A stretch of 64,000 nucleotides of DNA, from positions 2,380-66,379 of the forward strand of contig NZ_JAZKRK010000006.1 in the NCBI RefSeq assembly GCF_036626455.1, written 5' to 3'. Below are positions 25,106 through 32,901 of the stretch, in pieces. This DNA is from Halodesulfurarchaeum sp. (GTDB lineage Archaea; Halobacteriota; Halobacteria; Halobacteriales; Halobacteriaceae). The notes under the pieces were generated by a model. It saw only the letters and a program-made list of their open reading frames with translations. It was not told where the DNA came from and did no database searches. Position 1 is the first letter of the stretch, and every line of letters starts with the position of its first letter. The position numbers and the translations under genes are program-made.

Positions 25106-26644
25106 ATGAAATCATCTAGCGTCGATCTGGGATTGCTCAATGACGGATTTCTCGACACGTTCGATCTTCCAATCCAGATAGCGATCATGAACGGTAGCGG
25201 TACGATTGTCGCAACAGACGACAACTGGCAGTCGTGCCCGAATAGCAATCCGATATGGATGGATGCGATTTCCCCAAAAACCGATTTACTCGCTGTTCTT
25301 GGGGATCTAGACGGTCGACACGCCAATGAAATTCGGAAGGGGATCAGCGAAATACTTTCGGGCGGCCAAGAAACATTCGAATCTCAATATTCATTCGATA
25401 CCGAAAGTGGGATTCGGTGGTTCCGCCTGGCGGTCGGATCTTTGGGAGCAGGTGGCGAACAGTTAGTGAAAATCGTGCAGTTAGAGATTACCAAACAAAA
25501 ACGGTTACAGAGAAGAATTCAACACCATCTTGCCAGTCAGGACCGGCTGATTACGGAGGCTCCATTCCCAATTTTTACCATTGACGGTGACTGGCAAATT
25601 CGTAAGATGAACGATCCGGCTGCAGAACTGGTTGGAGTGGAGAAACCTAGTGATTTGCGAGGGCAGGGTATCATGGAACTTGTTCATCCTGAAGATGAAG
25701 AATCGGTTCGTGATCGATTGAATCGACTTCTTGAAGGGGTGCCAATTGGACCAGGAACGAACACACTTCTCGGACTGGACGGCATCCAACGGACTTTCGT
25801 GTGGGCTGCAGTTCCGTTTGTCAGAAATGGCAACACGAGATTACTGGTGTTTGGAAACGAGGTTCCACATTTCAAAGACCGAGTGCGATCCTCCCAACAA
25901 TTCCAAAAAGCTTCAAGAGATTTTATCAATGCAGAAACACCTGCTGAAGTGATTGGCGATCTCAAACGAAAGCAGGCCCTCATTGCTGCCCAATCAGTGG
26001 AACTCACGTTTCGGATCTCAGACCATGAATGCCTGTTTTCCAGGATGGCAGATATCTTAGAAGGTCAAATTAGATTCGAGAAACACATAGAACGGGAGAG
26101 CAATACAAAGATTTTTATCACTATTTACGATGTTGATCCAGAGACTGTTAGAGATCTTCCCGCTCACATTGATTCTATACATACGATTGATATTCTCCGC
26201 CAACGGGGCGCCAACAAGATTTCCGCCCGTATCAGTATATCCGAGCCGTTTCTCGGAACGGTGGTCTCAAAGTGGGGTGGGATGGTGGCAGAGATTACGA
26301 CAGAGCAATCTTCGTGTCGGGTCGTGGCCACTGTTCCGGATATCGACATTGTCCCATCGATTAAATCATCCTTGGATGAGCACTTTCCAACAACTCAACT
26401 AGTATCAAAACGACCGTTAGAGAACGAAAAGGAGATAGTAAGTGATCGAATATCATTTAAGGACAAACTGACAGAACGACAACTCGAGGTTTTCCAAACG
26501 GCCTATCATGCCGGATACTTTGAGTCTCCGCGGGCAAAAAAAGGAGAGGAAATCGCCAGAATTCTTGACATAACATCTCAGGCGTTTTATCAACACATCA
26601 GGACGATTCAACGAAAGTTCGCCAATACAGTGTTCGGCAAGTAA
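25106..26644 (+). CDS. PAS-domain protein with C-terminal HTH_10 (Bat-type) DNA-binding domain
   Basis: 512 aa. Two PAS-like segments: ...IVATDDNWQS...IRWFRLAVG... and ...PIFTIDGDWQIRKMNDPAAELVGV...LVHPEDEESV.... The C-terminus LTERQLEVFQTAYHAGYFESPRAKKGEEIARILDITSQAFYQHIRTIQRKF is typical of haloarchaeal HTH_10. It starts 11 nt after the gvpM stop. Confidence 0.8.
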   Translation: MKSSSVDLGLLNDGFLDTFDLPIQIAIMNGSGTIVATDDNWQSCPNSNPIWMDAISPKTDLLAVLGDLDGRHANEIRKGISEILSGGQETFESQYSFDTESGIRWFRLAVGSLGAGGEQLVKIVQLEITKQKRLQRRIQHHLASQDRLITEAPFPIFTIDGDWQIRKMNDPAAELVGVEKPSDLRGQGIMELVHPEDEESVRDRLNRLLEGVPIGPGTNTLLGLDGIQRTFVWAAVPFVRNGNTRLLVFGNEVPHFKDRVRSSQQFQKASRDFINAETPAEVIGDLKRKQALIAAQSVELTFRISDHECLFSRMADILEGQIRFEKHIERESNTKIFITIYDVDPETVRDLPAHIDSIHTIDILRQRGANKISARISISEPFLGTVVSKWGGMVAEITTEQSSCRVVATVPDIDIVPSIKSSLDEHFPTTQLVSKRPLENEKEIVSDRISFKDKLTERQLEVFQTAYHAGYFESPRAKKGEEIARILDITSQAFYQHIRTIQRKFANTVFGK

Positions 26645-26787
26645 CCTACTGAAGATCGAATTTTAAAACCACTGAAGTATATATTTTATTTCATAATTAT
26701 AGACCGTTTGTGCCGTAGTTGTTGGCACGCCAACTTAATTTTTAAACCAACAAAAATAAATCCTGTTAACTATTATCATAATATGGT

Positions 26788-27306
26788 ATGGACTCTGAAA
26801 AAGAGTCTGCCCTTTCAGATTTACTTGATGCAGATAACGGGGGGACTGAGAACATACTCGCATTCAAAAATTCCGAACTTGCTCGAATAGGGGATCCTGA
26901 CACTCAATTTGATATGCAAAATACCGAGGAGACCCTCTTGGGCAACAATCAATACAATCAGTCGAACGCAATAGTTTCATATCTCACAAAGGGTTGCATA
27001 CATGATGAGATTCTCAAAACGCATCTTGACGACCTTTTACTTGTCTTGATCGCTACCCGGGAGGGTGCTTGTGGGAAGACATTGCGGTCCGACCTGTTTT
27101 CAATCGGATACGAAATAAGCCCTGGGACACTCTATCCACATCTTCACGCCCTCGAAGATGACGGAGTGCTGACGATGCATGAAGGAGTCAAAATAAAAGA
27201 GTTTAAACTTTCCGATAGGGATGAAGTTCACGATCGACTGGAAAAAAGAGTTAGCAACCTTATCAGGCTATCTATCGTCTTCAACGTTGCCAATTCATGC
27301 CTCTGA
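26788..27306 (+). CDS. PadR-like winged-helix transcriptional regulator with a long N-terminal extension, in an AT-rich segment
   Basis: 172 aa. ...ACGKTLRSDLFSIGYEISPGTLYPHLHALEDDGVLTMHEG... resembles the PadR recognition helix and wing. Codon usage is much more AT-rich than in neighbouring genes. Confidence 0.55.
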   Translation: MDSEKESALSDLLDADNGGTENILAFKNSELARIGDPDTQFDMQNTEETLLGNNQYNQSNAIVSYLTKGCIHDEILKTHLDDLLLVLIATREGACGKTLRSDLFSIGYEISPGTLYPHLHALEDDGVLTMHEGVKIKEFKLSDRDEVHDRLEKRVSNLIRLSIVFNVANSCL

Positions 27307-27763
27307 GTGAGGAATACCGAAATTAGGTCTTTCGAATGGCCGGTTTGAAAATTGAGGCCTCGGCAAGCGATGGTGTAAATTAGTTCCGTAAATCTTGTTA
27401 AAATGTACAAAGTCCGGAAATTGGGAATCGTAAGAGAGATTTTACATCGATCGAGTCATTTACAACGCCGTTGAAGGGACCCCGACATAAAATATGGGCC
27501 TCGAACTCAGCAGTTGACGCCCATACAGACACACGTCGCTCAATGCTACGCTATACTGTGTTTCGGCTACAGCCACTGGCCATCTGGCTCCAATGTTCGC
27601 TACTTTTCGTATTCACCTAGTCTTATTCTTCTCCTTGATCCCGGGTGATCGTCCTTTGTTGTTGCATGTTGCCGTAGGCAGAAGATGGATCGGTTAGCAA
27701 CAGACGAGAATCCCAGGCGATGACTGTACTGGGAACCCTGGAGAGCGAAGTAGCCGAGTCAAA

Positions 27764-28615
27764 TCATGACTGAGACGTCTGATAGAGGAGATCGTACTGA
27801 TGGGCAACGTAGGTCAGTTCTCCAGCAGCCAATTGCTCCCGTCGGGTCTCAATCCAGTCTTCAGCCTCCGCTACCTCGGAATCCACCAGGACGGTCTCGA
27901 CGAACCCAAGGATGGACGCCAAAAAATACGCCTCATCGGCGGGATATGTGTCTCCGTCTGGGCGGAGGACCCAGTCAGACCCTGCCATTGCAAGCAAGTC
28001 GCCGGCCCGACGACGACAGGCGTCAGCGAGGTGCCGACCGGCCTGAACATCCCGTCCGGGTTCCAAGTCGATCGCCGCGTGATACGCTTGTTCGACGGCC
28101 CGATCTGCTGGATGATCGGGCTGGAAAATCGTTCCAGCGTCAAAGGTGATCGGGAGGTATGCAAGCCCACCGGGGGTCAGCGCTGACTCGACACGCGAGA
28201 GTAACGTCGAAACCGGAACGAGATCGGCAAAGGCCTGAGCAACGAGCAGGTCGATACCATCCATGTCCTCGAGCATCGTCATCGCATCGCCGGTATCATA
28301 GGTGACCGAGAGGTTCTCGACAGTAAATCCACACTCTTGTTCTGTGACCGTATAGCCCGCCCGGCGAAATTCTGCCGGTCGCACCGCACGGCCGAACTCG
28401 ACGACCCCGCAATCGTTGTCGATACCCCGATATGTGCCCGCGTCGATTCCCCATTCCAGCAACTTCGAAACAATCGTTCCCGTCCCACAACCGAGGTCAA
28501 CAATACGAGGGTCCGGCCCGAGAGCGGACAACAGACGGTCCCGAACTCGAAGCGACCGCGCACGATTGTCCAGTGACCGTTTGGATTCCAGATATCGGGT
28601 CTCAGTGTGATTCAT
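27764..28615 (-). CDS. Class I SAM-dependent methyltransferase
   Basis: ORF track gives 27764..28663. The ATG at 28615 (MNHTETRYL...) overlaps the upstream stop (ATGA). Motif I is IVDLGCGTGT. Confidence 0.8.
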   Translation of the reverse strand: MNHTETRYLESKRSLDNRARSLRVRDRLLSALGPDPRIVDLGCGTGTIVSKLLEWGIDAGTYRGIDNDCGVVEFGRAVRPAEFRRAGYTVTEQECGFTVENLSVTYDTGDAMTMLEDMDGIDLLVAQAFADLVPVSTLLSRVESALTPGGLAYLPITFDAGTIFQPDHPADRAVEQAYHAAIDLEPGRDVQAGRHLADACRRRAGDLLAMAGSDWVLRPDGDTYPADEAYFLASILGFVETVLVDSEVAEAEDWIETRREQLAAGELTYVAHQYDLLYQTSQS

Positions 28616-29007
28616 CCATCGAGCCGTCGTAAGTGGCCGGCCCAAGAGACATCGTCTTCCCACATCCGAATTCGGAGGTGATCTGGGTTCGGATCAGTCA
28701 ACGCTTGCTCGACGCGGTCCCCAAACAATCGGGCGAAATGCTCGACGCTCGGATTTACCCCCTCGAACTCCGGAAGGTCGTTGAGTAACGCATCTTGATA
28801 GCGGTCCTCGAGATCATCGAGGATCGACTCGACGTCGTCGATGTTCACCAAATAGCCATACTCTCCAAGTTCAGGGCCAGCAAAACGAACTTCGACCGTG
28901 AAGTCATGGCTATGGACGTCCCCCTCTGAACCGGGTTCAGGCACCGTGAGGAAGTGTTGTGCGATGAATGTACGACTGACGGTCAGTTCGTAGGTATTGA
29001 CTGTCAT
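28612..29007 (-). CDS. 6-pyruvoyl-tetrahydropterin synthase (PTPS/QueD, COG0720) fold protein lacking any cysteine
   Basis: 131 aa. His triad contexts are FIAQHF and DVHSHDF, followed by ...YGYLVNIDD.... The translation contains no Cys residue. Confidence 0.75.
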   Translation of the reverse strand: MTVNTYELTVSRTFIAQHFLTVPEPGSEGDVHSHDFTVEVRFAGPELGEYGYLVNIDDVESILDDLEDRYQDALLNDLPEFEGVNPSVEHFARLFGDRVEQALTDPNPDHLRIRMWEDDVSWAGHLRRLDG

Positions 29008-29092
29008 GAGTTTGTGTCCGTTTCAGTAGCAGTATCCCAAGCGGTTGTTTGTGAAAATGATCGCATCCGCTTCATGTCGGCATCGAGGAATC

Positions 29093-30103
29093 TCATTGGT
29101 AGGTAAGCAGCACCTGGAGTGTATCTTCGGGGTGGTCTTCAATAAGTCGATACCCCTTGGCCGCGTTTTCGAACGGGATCCGATGCGTGACGAGCGAATC
29201 AACAGGTAGCTCCTTCAGATTCTGGAGGGTTACCGCTGACCGGCGATCAAACGTCCAGCGACCGCGAAGTGATGGTGCGAGTGTACTCACCTGACTGGAT
29301 TGTATCGAAATCCGGTCCCGATGGAAATCCCCGCCGAGATCGAGGGTGGTTGGCTTGGTCCCATACCAGGATCCAACAACAAGACGGCTATCGTAGCCTG
29401 CAAGATTAAGTGCCTGGTCGAGCGCTGGCGGGTGGCCTGACAGTTCGAAGAGTAGATCCGCGCCGCTCGGGCCGGTCGCATCGTCCCATCGGGTCTCCGA
29501 GAGTTCGCTCGGTGCTACCACCCTATCTGCACCCAGTTCCCGTGCCCGTTTCCGACGCTCCGCCAGCGGTTCGATCACGAGCAGTTCTGACAGCGGGAAC
29601 GTAGCAAGGAGCCCAACCGTACAGAGACCGATGACGCCCGCACCAAAGATCGCAACCCGTTCACCGATCTGTGGCTTTCCGTCGAGGACGAGGGTGGTTG
29701 CCGTCTCGACGGTCGGATACAGTGCCATTTCGCCGGCTTCGACCTCTTCTGGTACCGAAATGACATCTGACGGCGCTGCACTGAAGTACGTTTCGTGGGG
29801 GTTGAACGCCAGCACCCGTTCTCCCAGCCACTTGTCTTCGATAGCCGAACCAGTCTCGATAACCTCGCCGACAGCAGCGTACCCGTACCGCAAGGGAAAC
29901 GAAAGATCGCCATTCAACGCATCGAGGGTCTCATCAGCAGGAAGATCATTCGGAGCCTCACCGCGATAAATAAGCATCTCCGTGCCGCCACTAATTGCGG
30001 AAACCTGTGTCTCAACGAGTATCTCATCGGCGGAGTACGTCGTGGCCGTCTCGCGCAGGTCGATCGTTTCAGGTGCGGTGAAGTAAAGCGACTCCCGATG
30101 CAT
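29093..30103 (-). CDS. Zinc-type alcohol dehydrogenase-like (MDR superfamily) oxidoreductase
   Basis: 336 aa. Contains ...VSAISGGTEMLIYRGEAP... and the Rossmann motif VAIFGAGVIGL. Confidence 0.85.
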   Translation of the reverse strand: MHRESLYFTAPETIDLRETATTYSADEILVETQVSAISGGTEMLIYRGEAPNDLPADETLDALNGDLSFPLRYGYAAVGEVIETGSAIEDKWLGERVLAFNPHETYFSAAPSDVISVPEEVEAGEMALYPTVETATTLVLDGKPQIGERVAIFGAGVIGLCTVGLLATFPLSELLVIEPLAERRKRARELGADRVVAPSELSETRWDDATGPSGADLLFELSGHPPALDQALNLAGYDSRLVVGSWYGTKPTTLDLGGDFHRDRISIQSSQVSTLAPSLRGRWTFDRRSAVTLQNLKELPVDSLVTHRIPFENAAKGYRLIEDHPEDTLQVLLTYQ

Positions 30104-30300
30104 TAGCTATCAACTTGCGGTTTGGTTGCCCGGGGTCTCCGCGCGCCGTTCGCTCGATACTGTTCGTGGGCCGTTTTCGACTCCGCGAAGTCAGCGAACA
30201 GCGAGCTCAGCAGGGACCGACCATCTCTTTTCGCTCCAGAGAACGGGTTGAGGAACCGAGGCCCGAACTCATCGAAATGCTCCAGCGCGAACTGTTTCAC
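30103..30300 (-). CDS. Hypothetical small protein (65 aa, GTG start), uncertain
   Basis: ORF track only. Its stop shares one base with the dehydrogenase ATG. No recognisable motif. Confidence 0.25.
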   Translation of the reverse strand: MKQFALEHFDEFGPRFLNPFSGAKRDGRSLLSSLFADFAESKTAHEQYRANGARRPRATKPQVDS

Positions 30301-30392
30301 TGTTTCACCATGTCAATATGAGCCGGGGTTCCTAATCACATTTCGGGCTGTTACACTACCTGTCCGAGAGAGACCCCGGAAGGTGGGACCGT

Positions 30393-30938
30393 TCAGTAGG
30401 AGATGGGGAGCCGATCTGAATCAAGCATTCGTTCAGCGACAAGGACCGCTCCGATCCCGATCAAGACACCGAACACTGTGTCCGAAAGGTAATGCGTGCC
30501 GAGATAAAATCGCGAGAACGCGATCAATATAGCGGCCGACGTCGTGATTACAAACGGGAGGATCTTTGACCGGTGTGCGACCATCGCGTAGACGGAAACG
30601 GCTGCCGCGTGGCCGGACGGAAACGAGTGGGCGATCGTCTCGGCACCGCCAGTCAGACAAACCGGTTGCGGCGGATACGGTCGCTGAACGAGGAGCATCA
30701 GCGATCCGACGATGACACCGCTGAGTATCAGCGCGGCCAGTGTGAGTTTGAACTCTCGGTGCCAGTCAGCCAAATAGAACAGTCCGAGAAATACCAACCC
30801 GGCCGATGCCGACCCGAGCCCGGTCACCGAGTTCATCACTTTCGTGAATAGTGGCCTTCGAAGTTCGACGACGATATCGACAGCCATGGCGTCGATCCGC
30901 AACACAAACTGCACGAGTTCCTGAAGTAGGTGGTCCAT
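30393..30938 (-). CDS. PAP2-family (type 2 phosphatidic acid phosphatase-like) membrane phosphatase
   Basis: 181 aa. Motifs are LLVQRPYP (KX6RP-like), SFPSGHA and SRFYLGTHYLSD. Confidence 0.85.
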   Translation of the reverse strand: MDHLLQELVQFVLRIDAMAVDIVVELRRPLFTKVMNSVTGLGSASAGLVFLGLFYLADWHREFKLTLAALILSGVIVGSLMLLVQRPYPPQPVCLTGGAETIAHSFPSGHAAAVSVYAMVAHRSKILPFVITTSAAILIAFSRFYLGTHYLSDTVFGVLIGIGAVLVAERMLDSDRLPISY

Positions 30939-31008
30939 GTGATACGCGTGTCTACTGTCGGGGGATATATGGAATCTCTGCCGGGAAGGACTCCGATCCG
31001 AGTGGGAG

Positions 31009-31476
31009 TCAGTTACAAATGAAAAGCGAGTTGGAAAGCCATGTTACGAAAACAACGATTCCCACCAGTAGCCACAGGCCGGCTTCAAGGAAAAACGACA
31101 GTGAACCGACGTAATAGGTGACAAAGGATCCCGGCGGAATTGCAAGTGGATCGGGCGGAGTCGCGACCGGCCAGGCCAGCGATAAGAGGTCCGACGGCCG
31201 TCCGTTGAGGACCACGTGCAGCGCGTCGAGAGTGAGGTGTGACCCCCACCCGACCGTCACTGCAAGACCGGCAGTGCTGTAAAGCGCAATGGGCACGAAG
31301 ACAGCCACCAGCAGAATCGAGTGACCGGCCGAGTGATAAAGATCGACTGCCCCGACAATTGCAAGGGGTTTGTCGACCACGTCCGGAATCGCCGCGCCAA
31401 CTACCACCCCCGGAATCGTCAGTCGAGAAAGCCGTCCTAGCAGGGCGCCAACGAGAAGATGCGTCGGGAAGAGCAT
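31009..31476 (-). CDS. Membrane-bound metal-dependent hydrolase (YdjM/DUF457-like)
   Basis: 155 aa. The N-terminus MLFPTHLLVGALLG and the internal HSAGHS and GSHLTLDALH are typical of DUF457. Confidence 0.65.
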   Translation of the reverse strand: MLFPTHLLVGALLGRLSRLTIPGVVVGAAIPDVVDKPLAIVGAVDLYHSAGHSILLVAVFVPIALYSTAGLAVTVGWGSHLTLDALHVVLNGRPSDLLSLAWPVATPPDPLAIPPGSFVTYYVGSLSFFLEAGLWLLVGIVVFVTWLSNSLFICN

Positions 31477-31502
31477 GAATAAATGATGAGTCTGGACTCA
31501 CT

Positions 31503-32273
31503 TTACTGCTCCTGGCCTGACATCCGACCAGTAACGACCAGAAAATCCCGGGCGAACACCAAAAGCGAGGGTGTCAGGACGAACGGAGCAACTGTCCAGA
31601 CCAACTCCGTCGGCGCGGCCGGTGTGAGGGCTATAGTGAGAAACACCATCTGCATGCCGGCCAAGTATTTTCCCAGGTCGCTATCGGGCGGATCGAACAC
31701 CGGTTTCCCCCGGCGACGTCGCCAACTGATGCCGCCACGATAGACGTATCTAGCTGCTGAGAGGGCGAGATACCAGACCGGCAGCTGCCCCCAGAGCACT
31801 GCAACCAGCGGTGCAGCGACGAAACCGAAGGTATCAAGCGTCATATCAAGCCCTTCCCCCAGATTCGTCTCCTGCCCCACGGACCGTGCGACTATCCCGT
31901 CGAGTTTGTCGAGGATGATCCCGCTCCCGTACGCTACAGCTGGCACCACCGCGAGGCGCGTATTGGGCGGAACGACCACAAATCCAGCCACGATTGCATA
32001 GAGCACGCCTCGAACCAATGTCAACGTGTTCGCCAGCCCGAATAATCCGGCCAGTGACCCCTCAGCGGTCCGGGACGGGACGAGACGATAACTGACGTAC
32101 CACAGTTGGCCCGCCAAAACGATCCCCGCGACGACCGCCGGGTCGAGGATCCAGGTGTTGACCCCGTCAAGTGGATATAGTCCCCGGAGTACCACTGTGA
32201 GTGCAAGTGCGCCTAACAGCGGAAGCCCAATCTGCATGCCGACGGAGAGGGACAGATTAGGGCGTTGTCCCAT
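31503..32273 (-). CDS. CDP-alcohol phosphatidyltransferase family protein
   Basis: 256 aa. The signature D-x2-D-G-x2-A-R-x8-G-x3-D-x3-D appears as DKLDGIVARSVGQETNLGEGLDMTLD. Confidence 0.85.
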   Translation of the reverse strand: MGQRPNLSLSVGMQIGLPLLGALALTVVLRGLYPLDGVNTWILDPAVVAGIVLAGQLWYVSYRLVPSRTAEGSLAGLFGLANTLTLVRGVLYAIVAGFVVVPPNTRLAVVPAVAYGSGIILDKLDGIVARSVGQETNLGEGLDMTLDTFGFVAAPLVAVLWGQLPVWYLALSAARYVYRGGISWRRRRGKPVFDPPDSDLGKYLAGMQMVFLTIALTPAAPTELVWTVAPFVLTPSLLVFARDFLVVTGRMSGQEQ

Positions 32274-32420
32274 CGTCTACACATCTCGCCCACATGTTGT
32301 TACCATTCCGATTGGCCGTCAAGATCAAGCGTTTTCGTTCACCAGTGGGCCCCTTCCACGACTCCATTTGGGAAGCTGTCTCGGGAGTTGCCCTGAACAC
32401 CTACCAATGGAGCCCACCAT

Positions 32421-32816
32421 TCAAGAACGCAACAGCGCCACAAGGACGGCGAGGAGCACGAGCTGTGCGATCTTGTCGATCGCCCCAAGCGTCCCAATGT
32501 CCGCCGGGAAGCTCTTTGGGCCGGTCGCAAAATTGATGACGAACCACAGCACGAATTGAACGAGGACGAATGGGATTCCGACAGCGTACACCGTCCGGCG
32601 GCGGTACGCAATCAGGACGAGCGCAATCGCACCCAAAAAGCCCAGTCCGGCAAGGACGAAACTGATTCCCATCCCAGACGGGACCATCCTAACCCCAAGA
32701 AAGAGATGGATTCCAGCGGTGACAAGGGCCGCGACGATCCCGATCCAGTGTATCCCATCGAGGGAGTGGGTCCGTAGTCTCACCCCCTCATTCTTGTTTG
32801 TTGGCATGGAACACAC
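32421..32816 (-). CDS. Membrane protein (4 TM), unknown function
   Basis: 131 aa. An alternative ATG lies at 32807 (MPTNKNEG...). No motif recognised. Confidence 0.5.
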   Translation of the reverse strand: MCSMPTNKNEGVRLRTHSLDGIHWIGIVAALVTAGIHLFLGVRMVPSGMGISFVLAGLGFLGAIALVLIAYRRRTVYAVGIPFVLVQFVLWFVINFATGPKSFPADIGTLGAIDKIAQLVLLAVLVALLRS

Positions 32817-32901
32817 TTTGGGAAAGTGCTACAAAGGTGTGGTGTCGTCGGCCCGACTTACCGCAAAATCGAACCATCGGCGAAGCCCGGAACGTCACCG
32901 T

